38,951 bases of DNA from Trichomonas gallinae (Eukaryota): contig MRSU01002409.1 in the NCBI GenBank assembly GCA_008369845.1, positions 1 through 38,951 on the forward strand, written 5' to 3'. The notes below the pieces were generated by a model. That model made no database searches. It was not told the origin of the DNA and worked only from the letters and a program-made list of their open reading frames with translations. Of the stretch, positions 1-10,419 are shown one piece after another (positions within the stretch are counted from its first letter, which is position 1; every line of letters begins with the position of its first letter). The translations under genes and the position numbers were made by a program.

Positions 1-80
1 ACAGGTAACCCACTGGTAACCCACTTTTCCCCCTGGGGTATCGCAAAACAGGTGGGTGGGTTACCTTGCGACATCCTTAA
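1..80. mobile_element. Probable terminus (TIR/subterminal repeats) of a DNA transposon, truncated by the window edge
   Basis: GC-rich block that stops abruptly at ...GCGACATCC|TTAA (TTAA at 77-80), followed by ~80% AT DNA. It contains tandem GGTAACCCACT at 4-14 and 15-25 and an inverted copy GTGGGTTACC at 56-65. No transposase or second end is visible. Confidence 0.5.
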
Positions 81-239
81 GTGTTATAATAAAATGCAAT
101 ATTTCTTATTGATAAACACTATTATCAAGTTTTAAGAATTGAATTATTTATGTGACAAATTTCAAAATTACTTGGCAGTTTATTTATTTTTTCAAAGAGA
201 CAAAAAGTTCGTCTCAATACATAATAGTTACAGAGAAAG

Positions 240-503
240 ATGGCCTTTATTGCAGACATACTGAAAGAAAAAGGCTTTTGGAATGATATTAATTCGTATT
301 GCATCGATGAGGAGGAAGAAGATTATTCAGACAACGAAAAGAAAAGCCAAAAACAATCATCAACACAAGAACCAGTTATCCCACAAGTTAAAAACATTGT
401 ACATAGAAGTAATTCTGCAAAATTAAGGCCGATAAATGATCCAACGAGATTCCGACCTGGATTTGAAGGCGTTAAATATATAATGACGAAAAGAAAAGAG
501 TAG
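240..503 (+). CDS. Small hypothetical protein (87 aa, acidic/low-complexity middle)
   Basis: ATG-initiated ORF with coding-like composition against AT-rich flanks. No recognisable domain. Confidence 0.55.
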   Translation: MAFIADILKEKGFWNDINSYCIDEEEEDYSDNEKKSQKQSSTQEPVIPQVKNIVHRSNSAKLRPINDPTRFRPGFEGVKYIMTKRKE

Positions 504-1365
504 ATCGAGATATTTTTTGCATACTATTGTTTGTATTGAATTTATTTAGTTTTGATAAACTAAATTACGATATTTTTCAACGCTAATTAAGTAATAATTA
601 CAAATACCCTAGAGCATAACTTTAAATTAATAATAGCATTGTAATCGAAAAATAAGAATTCCTAAATTATCAACATAGTCATTCATTGACTTTGATTCAG
701 ATGATTCTTCTTTAAATACAAGAAATTACAATAATTTCATGCAATGGGTGAACTTTAATATTTTTTTCAACATTTTGAATTATTTGTCATTCATCCAAAT
801 GAAGCTTAATATTCTCTATCCTATACATTATACACTTAAATACAAGCTAAATTTATTAAGAGTAACAAAATTTACAATATAAAGTAAAAATAGCTTCACG
901 TCATGAGCTTTATTTTAAAATATAGATTGAGCAAACGCATAAAGGAATAGTTTTTGTTAAATGACAATGAAACCGTAAATTTTTTTTTCATATCTTCAAG
1001 CTGCAAATTTTAACCTGCAATATATATTAAACAAACGAAAAATTCAAAATAAATTGTTTTTTCTTATTGACAATAAAATTCAAAAAATAATTTTTTCAAG
1101 TTGTGAGTTTTAATTCAAAGTATAGCCTAAACGAAGGATGCAGATCCAAAAGCACTGGATTTTGTTTAATGATACGAAAATAAAAAAAATTAATCAAGTT
1201 AATGAATTTAACTCGAAATATAGATTAAGTATTAGAAGTAATTTCGAAAGATCTAGTTTTTGTTTAATGACAGTGAATTTGTAAGAAATTATTTTTTTTC
1301 TTCTACCGGAAATTGATAACTTGAAAAAACAATTCAATGCCACGCCATATATTTTTAATTTATAG

Positions 1366-2766
1366 ATGAATGATGCCCAATTGTTGACCTCTTTGACTGA
1401 TTTCGACACAATTCCAAATGACGTCGTCACGAGAGTGCCACTGGAGAGCTACAGCGAGCTTCCCATATGGAGAATCATCGCCATTTGCTTCTCTGTCATT
1501 AGTTTTCAAATTGCATATTCCGTTGAATACGCTGTCATCCCTTCTTTGCTGAAGAATCTTGATATTAAGGGCATAAAGCAAACACTTTTCTATCTTATTG
1601 GCCCTGTTGCCGGTCTTTTCATCCAACCAATCGTATCTCACTACAGCGACATAAATAGGTCGAGATTTGGTCGAAGGAGGCCATTTATCGTCATTGGTGG
1701 CATAATTATTTGCATAGGATACGTAGTAATGTATTTTATTTTAGCTGATTCACTCAGAAATAGAAGTATACAGATTTTATTATTAGCAATTACTTTAATT
1801 ATCATCAATATCGCAATAAACATGGTACAAGCACCATCACGCGCAATTGTTGGTGATTTGATTCCGAAAAAACAACAAATACTTGCACACTCGATTTCCG
1901 CAATCATGATTTCATTTGCAGGATGCTTAGGAAACCTTTGTGGGCAATTTGCAATCAAAGATTTGAAATTTTTAAGTAGATCACAAATAATTGTCATTTC
2001 AGGTGTAGGAATCATTGCTCTTGGCATTATTTTGACATCAATATTCGCCACAGAAGAACCTCTTACAGAAATTCCAGCAAGAGAATCGCCATTTAAAGAA
2101 ATTGTTTATTCAATCAAAGCAATGCCAACGGCAATCTCATGCTTTGCCATCGTTAACTCATTCGCTTGGATGGCTTACTTCCCATTCCAGATTCTCATCG
2201 CTAGTTTATTCGCAGATGAAGTTTTTTCGAGAATGTTCAGTTCTTATGAGAGCGCATACGAAGAAGGCATGTCATTTGGCATGCTTGTGCTTGCAGTATC
2301 CAACGGATTAGGTATGTTGTATCTAGTCTTTCAGCCAAAAATATTAGATTTTGTTCATGCGCGATATATTTTCTTTGCGTCTCAGATTATAGCAGCAGCA
2401 TCTCTCATAGGATCATGTTTCTTGAGTAACAAGATTAAAATGCTCATCTGTTTCGCTCCAATTGGAATCTCGCTCGCAGTCTGCAATTCCTTGCCTTTTG
2501 TTGTCATTTCTGTGACTATTCCTAATGAGCAAATGGCGGTTTACATGTCAATTATGAATATTTTCGTTGTTATTGGACAATTAATTGAGCTTTTCATTTG
2601 CCATGGACTTTCTCACATAACAAAGAGCACGCAGTATATCATAGGAAGCTCATCGCTATTTGCCCTTATTTCTGCAGCTCTTTGCTTCAGAATTGATAAA
2701 AAGGTTTCGCTCAAATCCATGAATAACACTGAAATACCAGAATATATCCATGATCCGATTAAATAA
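1366..2766 (+). CDS. MFS sugar transporter, GPH family (sucrose/H+ symporter, SLC45-like)
   Basis: About 12 hydrophobic segments. N-terminal FQIAYSVE and GPVAGLFIQPIV, the signature SD..RSRFGRRRPFI loop, and NMVQAPSRAIVGDL. The stop is fused to TAAA. Confidence 0.9.
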   Translation: MNDAQLLTSLTDFDTIPNDVVTRVPLESYSELPIWRIIAICFSVISFQIAYSVEYAVIPSLLKNLDIKGIKQTLFYLIGPVAGLFIQPIVSHYSDINRSRFGRRRPFIVIGGIIICIGYVVMYFILADSLRNRSIQILLLAITLIIINIAINMVQAPSRAIVGDLIPKKQQILAHSISAIMISFAGCLGNLCGQFAIKDLKFLSRSQIIVISGVGIIALGIILTSIFATEEPLTEIPARESPFKEIVYSIKAMPTAISCFAIVNSFAWMAYFPFQILIASLFADEVFSRMFSSYESAYEEGMSFGMLVLAVSNGLGMLYLVFQPKILDFVHARYIFFASQIIAAASLIGSCFLSNKIKMLICFAPIGISLAVCNSLPFVVISVTIPNEQMAVYMSIMNIFVVIGQLIELFICHGLSHITKSTQYIIGSSSLFALISAALCFRIDKKVSLKSMNNTEIPEYIHDPIK

Positions 2767-3267
2767 AGTTGTTTGTGCATATAATTACATGTTTTTTATT
2801 TTGATATTTCTATTGAATGCAAAAAATTTGAAACCAGCAAACTTGTTCTAGAAATCAATTAAAACACTTTAATTCTAAATCGAATATCACTAAGTTTTTA
2901 GTTAAATTCATAATTGATAAAATTAAAAAAAATCTAAAAATCCGCCAAAAATCAATTATTATATACTATATTTCAATATTTTTTATATCTATTCAACAAT
3001 GAAATAATCCATAATAAAAAAATAATTTTTATGAAATTAAAGTTCACTGGTTAAAAGAATGTTACAATGAGCGATATTGCTTGTGTGTATCATTGAGAAA
3101 TGATTACAATAAACGCCTACTCAAACAATTTTAATTTTTTAATATTTCGATATTTTTCCGTAGATAAAGATATTTCATGGATTCTGTTAAATAAAACTCA
3201 GTTTCATCTGTTTATATATTATATCATCATAGACACTTGAGCTCAAAAGTTGTGAATTTATTTTTCA

Positions 3268-5151
3268 ATGAAAGGTCAGTATCCTTACCAGTTTTTGCTA
3301 GAGCAAACGCAGATTGCGGATACTGTTCTGGCAAGATATCGTTCAATTCAGTCCGAATGTAGAGCAAGCGGTAAAAAATTTGTTGATCAAGATTTTGATT
3401 CATCTCTTCCTTCATCTAACACATTCAACGACGATAATGCGTCTGATAAAGTATATTTTGAGTATTTAGAAGATGTCTATAAAGGAGATATCTTTGAAAA
3501 CGTTTCTGCTGACGGAATTCTGCAGGGAAACTATAGCGATTGCTTTCTCATATCAGTTTTAATCCCATTGTCTAATGATATAGACACAATTAAATCACTT
3601 TTTGTTGATAAAGATCTTTCCTGTGGATGCTGTTGCCTGAAATTCAATTTCATCGGTCGCCCATACTATGTCATCATTGACACTAAAGTTCCTTTCGTGA
3701 AATCGCATCCAAAATTTGCACATCCTCGAAATAGCAGTGATTCTGTCTGGTTTTGTCTCGTTGAGAAGGCATATGCGAAGCTTATGGGTGGGTGGTCGCA
3801 GATCGGCGGCAATCCATCAGACGCGATGAATAATTTATTTGGTGTTTACAATAAGTCAATCAAAGTCAAAGAAATTAGCAGCCCCGCGCAATACATCACA
3901 TCAATATCAGCGCAAACTAAATTCGTCTTCCTTTCCACTTTCAAGACAAAAATCCCAGAAAAAAATTCGCTTTTCTCCAATCACAGCTATGTTTTCATCG
4001 GCTTTGCCCGCGAAAATGGGAAGAGCTTCATCCATCTCCGCGATCCTCACGGAAATTCACAGGCTAAAGACACCGCGAATGTCATATTCAAGCAGCAAGG
4101 CCATCTTCTTGTTAGCGAATCTCTTCTCTCAGACTGCTTCGAGAGCTTATCTTTCGGCATCTTCACACCCAGCAGCTGGGTGACAAAATCGTTCGAGCTC
4201 GACATCCCTCCTGGAGAACTTGACGGCAGATTTTTCACGGGAAACGGTCCGCTCGTTGCTCCACTTCCTCAGTGGTTAGTCACTTTTAATGATCCCAGGA
4301 GTACATTCAGATTTTACTGTATTGCTTCATCCAAGTCAGACAATGTCATTGGGTTCTGCATGTGCCAGAATTCAGGCCATCGTGTCAGTTATCAACCAGT
4401 CGACTCGATCGAGATTAAATGCGCAATCAACGGCTCATCAATCATCGATGAATTTCGCCCACGTGTCACCGGACATCTCTACACATTGTGTGTGTGCAGA
4501 AGAGTCCGCGCTCCGAACCCTGTCCACATCTACTGCAGACTTGAATGTGAGTCAAAATTCGAGCTCGAGCGAATTCCTGATCTAGACTTATCTCGAATGA
4601 AAAGAGTGTCAATTGATCATCTTCTTAGTAAAACATCGCGGACTTCACCTCAATGGTACATAAATGTTGATAAAAGCGGAACGATATTTTACAAAATCAA
4701 CAAAACACAAAAATCAGGTCCTTACACAATTTTCTTCTTTTCTTCCAAGAACAAAGCGAAAGGCCGCTGTCCTCTCTCGGGCCCATTTGCCCACACGTGT
4801 CCTATTTCTGGTGACTCTGGTGATGACATTTATGAGATAGATGCTAACAATCTTAACATAATCGGCATCGGAGTATCAACTAGCAAGAAGGAGTCGATAG
4901 ATGTTCGTTTTAGCATTGATTTATATTTCGACGGCGAAATTTCCGTAGAAAAGATTCCAGACGAAACACATACTGACCTGAAAGCAGCTGGTATCACCAT
5001 TGCTTCCGATAGTCGCACTGCAACTAAGGCGAAGCATAAGATTCCTGCAGTCTCTGATCAGCCATCGACCACGAAAGTCGCAGGAAAAAGAGGAAAGAAA
5101 ATTGGTGCCTCTGGAATGGCAGATATGTATAAGATGATGGAGGATTTATAA
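3268..5151 (+). CDS. Calpain-like cysteine peptidase (clan CA, family C2)
   Basis: FVDQDF, ILQGNYSDCFLIS (catalytic Cys codon 3541-3543), VIIDTKVP, WFCLVEKAYAKLMG, NHSY (His 3982-3984) and LRDPHG. Two C-terminal PQW-containing domain-III-like segments. Confidence 0.9.
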   Translation: MKGQYPYQFLLEQTQIADTVLARYRSIQSECRASGKKFVDQDFDSSLPSSNTFNDDNASDKVYFEYLEDVYKGDIFENVSADGILQGNYSDCFLISVLIPLSNDIDTIKSLFVDKDLSCGCCCLKFNFIGRPYYVIIDTKVPFVKSHPKFAHPRNSSDSVWFCLVEKAYAKLMGGWSQIGGNPSDAMNNLFGVYNKSIKVKEISSPAQYITSISAQTKFVFLSTFKTKIPEKNSLFSNHSYVFIGFARENGKSFIHLRDPHGNSQAKDTANVIFKQQGHLLVSESLLSDCFESLSFGIFTPSSWVTKSFELDIPPGELDGRFFTGNGPLVAPLPQWLVTFNDPRSTFRFYCIASSKSDNVIGFCMCQNSGHRVSYQPVDSIEIKCAINGSSIIDEFRPRVTGHLYTLCVCRRVRAPNPVHIYCRLECESKFELERIPDLDLSRMKRVSIDHLLSKTSRTSPQWYINVDKSGTIFYKINKTQKSGPYTIFFFSSKNKAKGRCPLSGPFAHTCPISGDSGDDIYEIDANNLNIIGIGVSTSKKESIDVRFSIDLYFDGEISVEKIPDETHTDLKAAGITIASDSRTATKAKHKIPAVSDQPSTTKVAGKRGKKIGASGMADMYKMMEDL

Positions 5152-5192
5152 AAAGAATTAAATACTGAAATTGTTTATTTTGATAAATAAAA

Positions 5193-5508
5193 TTATCTTC
5201 TCTTTTTCATCATTGCCATTGCCATCCTCAAATGCTCGCTGTAATAAGGAGCCATTGAGCACTTCTTTTCATTGTTGCACACTTCAGTGTTGGCTTTTTG
5301 TTTTGTAACACTAATATCGCAGAATTTTCCATATCGATAATCTTCAATGGCAAAAATTGTTTTGTTATTCATGCTTTTCAAAAACTTTTCTTTTATTGAA
5401 CTTGTATCATCTGTGAGGCCGAAGTATGGCAAATTTGTAACACTAGAAAATGCTCCACTGTAGACAATCACATTAAAAGTAAATATTTGGTATTTTTATT
5501 GTTGACAT
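5193..5508 (-). pseudogene. Fragment resembling the C-terminal region of a BspA-like LRR surface protein
   Basis: The open frame VIVYSGAFSSVTNLPYFGLTDD...YGKFCDISVTK has no in-frame ATG (TAA lies just upstream). An out-of-frame MSTIKIPNI starts at 5508, suggesting a frameshift. The family assignment is by eye only. Confidence 0.4.
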
Positions 5509-5985
5509 GGTATTTGTTTAGTCGACCTACTTTATATTACTCGAATAATTGGAATGATTTATCAAAAACTATAAAAATTACTGTATTACCACAGAATTGA
5601 ATTCAAAATACCATTTTGCGTTTTATTTTCTATGATTTAGACTTGAAAAAAGCTATTACATGTACAATATGATATAACTTTTTTATTCAGTGTATGAATA
5701 AAAAAATTGAAAAACATATCAAAATTCAAATAAGAAAATAGCAAAAATGGGAAGAGATTCAACAACTGTATACTAAAATCATATTAATATTGAACAAAAA
5801 CATAATATTTTAATTTTTCTGGGAAAATTTTGTATTTTTTTGATTTTAGATTCAAATTATCGCATAAAAATTCCAGCAGATGCAAATGTAATAATGTTGG
5901 TAAATTTTCGAAAATTTTGATTAACCTTAATTCTAAACTAATGAATTTAAATCTGTATATATCACCAGGGAGTAATATTCTTTCC

Positions 5986-6603
5986 ATGCATATACAGAAG
6001 CGGTTCATAAACATATTCAAAAATGATAACGATTCTGAGCTTATCAGATTGTTTTCAGATGGAATTAAACCAAATTCGAAATTTGGGAATTTTTCCATGC
6101 GCAATTGTAATATTTATTCTACAAATACGCCATTATTATTCATAGCAGCATATTATTCGGCAATAGAATGCATTAAATCTCTGTTGGATAACGGAGCCGA
6201 TGTAAATATCAAAGATTTCCACGGGAATACTGTCTCCATTTTTGCAGTAGCAAGTGGATCTATCCAATGCGCTGAGTTTTTCAGTAATTATGACGTTCCT
6301 TTTGATAATTGCTTATTTGTTGCTGCAGATTGCGGTAATTTTGAGATGTTCATGTGGATATATATGACACAACAGATAAATTTGAATGATAGAAAAAACG
6401 ATGGCACATGTTTACTTCATCATGCAGCAAAAAGTAAGAATTTACAACTTACCAACTTTTTATTAAAAGAGATGGAAAAAATTTTAACTGTTAGTGATGT
6501 CCAGGAAGTCATGGCTTTGTTATCGAATAATAATTATTCATCTGAAGATTATGAGACCGAAGATTCATATTCTGAAAGCGACCATAATCAATGGAGCACA
6601 TAG
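5986..6603 (+). CDS. Ankyrin repeat protein
   Basis: TPLLFIAAYYSAIECIKSLLDNGADVNIKDFHGNT, CLFVAADCGNFE, GTCLLHHAAKSKNLQL and an acidic tail. The ORF-track start (5830) is TTG; the in-frame ATGs are at 5941 and 5986, so the start is uncertain. Confidence 0.85.
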   Translation: MHIQKRFINIFKNDNDSELIRLFSDGIKPNSKFGNFSMRNCNIYSTNTPLLFIAAYYSAIECIKSLLDNGADVNIKDFHGNTVSIFAVASGSIQCAEFFSNYDVPFDNCLFVAADCGNFEMFMWIYMTQQINLNDRKNDGTCLLHHAAKSKNLQLTNFLLKEMEKILTVSDVQEVMALLSNNNYSSEDYETEDSYSESDHNQWST

Positions 6604-6736
6604 GTTATGTTTTTGTTTTTTAAATTTAATAAATATTAGATTATCATGATGAAAACGTTGATGTGTTATATGCCAAAGATTATATTCTATTTTTTGAGTT
6701 AGATTTAATAAAAATAAAAACAAGATAGAAATATAA

Positions 6737-7891
6737 TTATTTGCTGGAAGAATTAATCAATGTCTGAATACGCTTCTCGTCTGATCTCCTTGCTTCCTGG
6801 AGTTTGGCTATGTCCATATATGCAGTATTTTTGAATTTAGAATATTCTCTCCTAATTTGATGATTTTCTTGTTCTTTAATTTGAACTTGTTGTTTTATTG
6901 AATCTGTGGAAGCTAATTTATTCTTTAAACGCATATTCTCATCTCTCAGTTTTCTATTTTGAAGATCAAGTTCTTTGCTCAGAGTTTGAAAACTCTTTTC
7001 TATGGTGTAATTGACAACAATAGATGGCCCATCTGGTTTTCTGTTTTGTAACCTAATAGAATCATTTAATTCCAAAATTTTTTGATTTAACTCATTGATT
7101 TTTTGTTCTTTTTCAGCAAATTTTTCTGTGTATAGCTTTGTCAGTGAATCAACTTCTTTGCTTTTGATCTCCGCATGGAGTTTAAATTTTGTAAATTCAT
7201 TTGTAAGTAATCTGTGCGTCACTTGTAACTCTATATACTTTTTCTCGTTTTCCATGTATTCATTTTCCTTTGATACGTAATAAGAAATCCTTTCTTCAAG
7301 AGCTTTTTTTATTCCTTCAAGTTCATCAACTTTCTGTTGTAAGGTGGTGTTATTTTTGTTTAGCTCATCGGTTTTGGCTTTTAATTCACTTATTTGAGTA
7401 TTTAGCGAATCATTCATTGATTTTATATCTGAATTTCCTTGTTCTAACTTAAGTTTCAGTTTTAGTACTTCTTCTCTGAGTTTGCTGCACCTGATTTCTT
7501 GTTCATTATTCGCTATTGTTAATGATCTATGATCTTCTTTGAGCGCAAGATATTGTTCTGTAGTTTTTTGGTGAGCCTCCTGGCTATTATGGAGAGTTTT
7601 AAGTGAAGATTTAAGATTTGATATTTCTTTATTTAATTTTATATTTTCATCAGCCAATTTTTTAAGAGAAGCCTCCATTTCAATTGGAGATGCGTAATTT
7701 GCATGCTCTGTTTTCAATTTTTCCAATTCGATTTGCATTTTAGAATTTTCTTGTTCTAAATTTTTAACATGTTCTGATAGACTTTGATTTTCCTGTGTCA
7801 ACTGATTTATTTTTATTTCATTCGCTATGCTGTTGGTTTCTGCACCAGATATTTCCGTTTCATGCTTCTCATTCCCTTCTTGTGACGTCAT
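6737..7891 (-). CDS. Long coiled-coil protein (hypothetical)
   Basis: 384-aa E/K/L/Q/N-rich heptad pattern. Inr-like TCATTT on the minus strand at 7921-7926. Confidence 0.85.
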   Translation of the reverse strand: MTSQEGNEKHETEISGAETNSIANEIKINQLTQENQSLSEHVKNLEQENSKMQIELEKLKTEHANYASPIEMEASLKKLADENIKLNKEISNLKSSLKTLHNSQEAHQKTTEQYLALKEDHRSLTIANNEQEIRCSKLREEVLKLKLKLEQGNSDIKSMNDSLNTQISELKAKTDELNKNNTTLQQKVDELEGIKKALEERISYYVSKENEYMENEKKYIELQVTHRLLTNEFTKFKLHAEIKSKEVDSLTKLYTEKFAEKEQKINELNQKILELNDSIRLQNRKPDGPSIVVNYTIEKSFQTLSKELDLQNRKLRDENMRLKNKLASTDSIKQQVQIKEQENHQIRREYSKFKNTAYMDIAKLQEARRSDEKRIQTLINSSSK

Positions 7892-8671
7892 AATATAAAA
7901 ATTGTAAAAAAAATTATGAAAAATGATTATTAAAACAATATTTATTTGTTTTATTGTATATTTTTATATTACCTATATTTCAAACATTAATCTGCCAAAA
8001 TATCCACAAATTTTAATCAAAAAATGAAATATCAAATATTTATCCGATTTTCTTGCGTTATAATGCTTCTATAGTTCACTAGTGTCCGAAAATCGTATTT
8101 ATGTGCCAATAAAGTGATTACAAATTTTTTCCGAATGTGAAATAAACTGAAAGAACAGAAAATATATATGTTTGCCCCACAACTATGCATTCTATAAAGT
8201 TCAAAACTCTAATTTATCGAATCAAATTAATAATTAGAAATCTCAATGAGAACAACAATTCCTACTAATAACATCGTTAATTTGCTTTATTTTGAGTTAT
8301 AATTTGGTTAATTGAAAATCATATAATATAAAATAAAAAGCATGCTATTGAATGCTCTTTATGTTCAAGATGCTGATTATAATTCACCAACAACTCCAAA
8401 ACCCTCATATGGACATCTTAAATATCTTAAGGGAAGAAACATGTACTATGAGCAGAATACTATCGGTATTTATACACTACATTTTTGGCAAAGTACCTTT
8501 ACAACTTGCCAAAACAAAATTTAAAAAATCAAAAAATGTATTAAAAATTGATGCATTTGATCATTGTGATCATGACTGTATCCAGTTCTTATGCTTAGTT
8601 TTGAATCCAAGCACGTCAAGATTATGATTGTTTTGTTTCGTTCATATTTGATTACATGAATTTGCAAAATG

Positions 8672-8677
8672 TCACTT
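8672..8677 (+). promoter_or_regulatory. Initiator (Inr) element TCACTT
   Basis: Matches the trichomonad Inr consensus TCA(C/T)(T/A), a few nt before ATG 8682. Confidence 0.65.
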
Positions 8678-8681
8678 TTTA

Positions 8682-8912
8682 ATGTTTTACTTGTTTTCGT
8701 GTTTCCTGATTTTCATTAGTTTGACTCGTGACAATCTTGCAGGGGGTGATGACATTCTTCCTGGCAATCCTGGAATATCAACGCAAGTTAACCAAACCCT
8801 TATCGCTCAACAAAAAATGGAAGCAACTTTATCATTGATTACATTAGGTATTGCATTATCGGCTATAATCATCGTCTTAGTTAGAAGAATGTTCAATCCG
8901 CAACATATTTAA
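8682..8912 (+). CDS. 76-aa single-pass membrane micro-protein with predicted signal peptide
   Basis: Hydrophobic N-terminus MFYLFSCFLIFISL, polar ectodomain, TM segment LSLITLGIALSAIIIVLV followed by RR. Inr directly upstream and stop fused to TAAA. Confidence 0.75.
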   Translation: MFYLFSCFLIFISLTRDNLAGGDDILPGNPGISTQVNQTLIAQQKMEATLSLITLGIALSAIIIVLVRRMFNPQHI

Positions 8913-9741
8913 AATATTCGCAATTTTCGATATTAGTCTTAATCTTAGAAATTCAAATTTAGCTCGATTATACAAGATAATTTATTGAAACGAAACTCTG
9001 TTATTTAATAAAAATTTTATAAAAAATTAAATTTTTCAAATTCCCTGTTCAAAATCTTCGATTTATACATTACATAGTATTTATTTCATTGCTTTAACTT
9101 ACTTTAGATTTTAAAATTCGCAAATAATTGTATTATGAGGTTGAAAAGCATATGTAACGCTTTCATAGCGCATAGCTATTGTTGAAATAGATGAAATCTG
9201 AGATTGATTTTTAATTCAAGATTGGAAACTCTTTTTTCGTGGTTTTTAATATGAGTATATTTCTGATATCATTTCTACATGCAAGCAAAGTTTGTTTTCA
9301 AAATCAAAATTAATTGCAAAATTTTATGACAATTTCCCTAAATAACAATGTTGTTAATATTATTTTTAATCTCAAATTCAACTGTCGGAGTCTGAGTTCA
9401 AAACAATTAGTAAATTTTTATTCAATTCTGAAAACTTGATTTGTTTGAACAAGTTTTAGTGCAAATGTGTATTTAATGTTGCGTTGCTTATGAATACATT
9501 AAAATGAGCAAACAATGAAAGTAAAATTAATTAAACAATACTGGTCCACAAATAACTCTTTCCTATTCGATAATTTTTGATTAGAAATGTTTCAAAAGTT
9601 TGGAACTTTCGATATTCAATTTTTCTGTCGATCCATTGAATTATCCATATACATAGTTTTGCATTGTGATCATAATTTCTCGATTATATGTAAAGATAAA
9701 AAAACTGACACCAAAACCGCCTTTTAGATTCAAAATTAATA

Positions 9742-10419
9742 ATGTATCCCTTCTCAGGTACTATGGCTTTTGGATCTTTTCTCCAGCCGAATTATCCATA
9801 TCTTGATCTTCCCACACTGTCAATGGATCGAATCGCACACTCATTGCCAGTAACACCGCATAAAGTTTTTGTCACAGATACACGAAAAGCACTTGTGCTC
9901 GATTTGGATGAAACACTCATTCACACTTCAACTTTTCCACCACACTCTGACGTAGAATCCTTGAAATTCGATGATACCGCTGAATACGTCTTTTTAAGAC
10001 CAAATGTTAGAGATTTCCTTGACAAAGTTGCAGAACTGTTTGAAGTTTTTATTTTCACAGCTGGTACTCAGTTCTATGCAGAGAGGATTCTCGATACACT
10101 CTGCCCGCAGATAGATCATATGCATAGATTTTATAGAGATTCATGCAAATTTAGTGGCCACAAGTGCAAGAAAGACCTTACTAAGTTTGGTAGGCCTCTT
10201 TCTCACGTTATTATGGTTGACGATAATTATCAAATGAGAAATTATTACCCACAAAATACAATTTACATAGATCGATGGAATGGTACTCCTCTAGATGATA
10301 CGCTACTCTCTAAAATTCTACCCATTCTTGAAGAATGCGCTTCTTCGGATGACGTTAGACCTATAATCAAGGAAAACGGAGAGAAGTGCCTCAAAAGACA
10401 GTCATCAAGCATGTTCTAA
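9742..10419 (+). CDS. NIF/FCP1-SCP family (HAD) CTD-type protein phosphatase
   Basis: LVLDLDETLIH (DxDxT motif), LRPNV..FL, IFTAG...YA..ILD, KKDL..FG and MVDD. A CCTTT (M5-like) element lies at 9720-9724. Confidence 0.93.
   Translation: MYPFSGTMAFGSFLQPNYPYLDLPTLSMDRIAHSLPVTPHKVFVTDTRKALVLDLDETLIHTSTFPPHSDVESLKFDDTAEYVFLRPNVRDFLDKVAELFEVFIFTAGTQFYAERILDTLCPQIDHMHRFYRDSCKFSGHKCKKDLTKFGRPLSHVIMVDDNYQMRNYYPQNTIYIDRWNGTPLDDTLLSKILPILEECASSDDVRPIIKENGEKCLKRQSSSMF

Noticed and set aside
1360..5018. Alternative-frame and antisense ORFs within the transporter and calpain genes
   Set aside because: Almost fully nested in well-supported CDSs, with no independent signals.
8342..8627. Two overlapping short ORFs (60 and 91 aa) after a TCATAT element
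   Set aside because: No recognisable family. It could be a frameshifted remnant, but I cannot support it.
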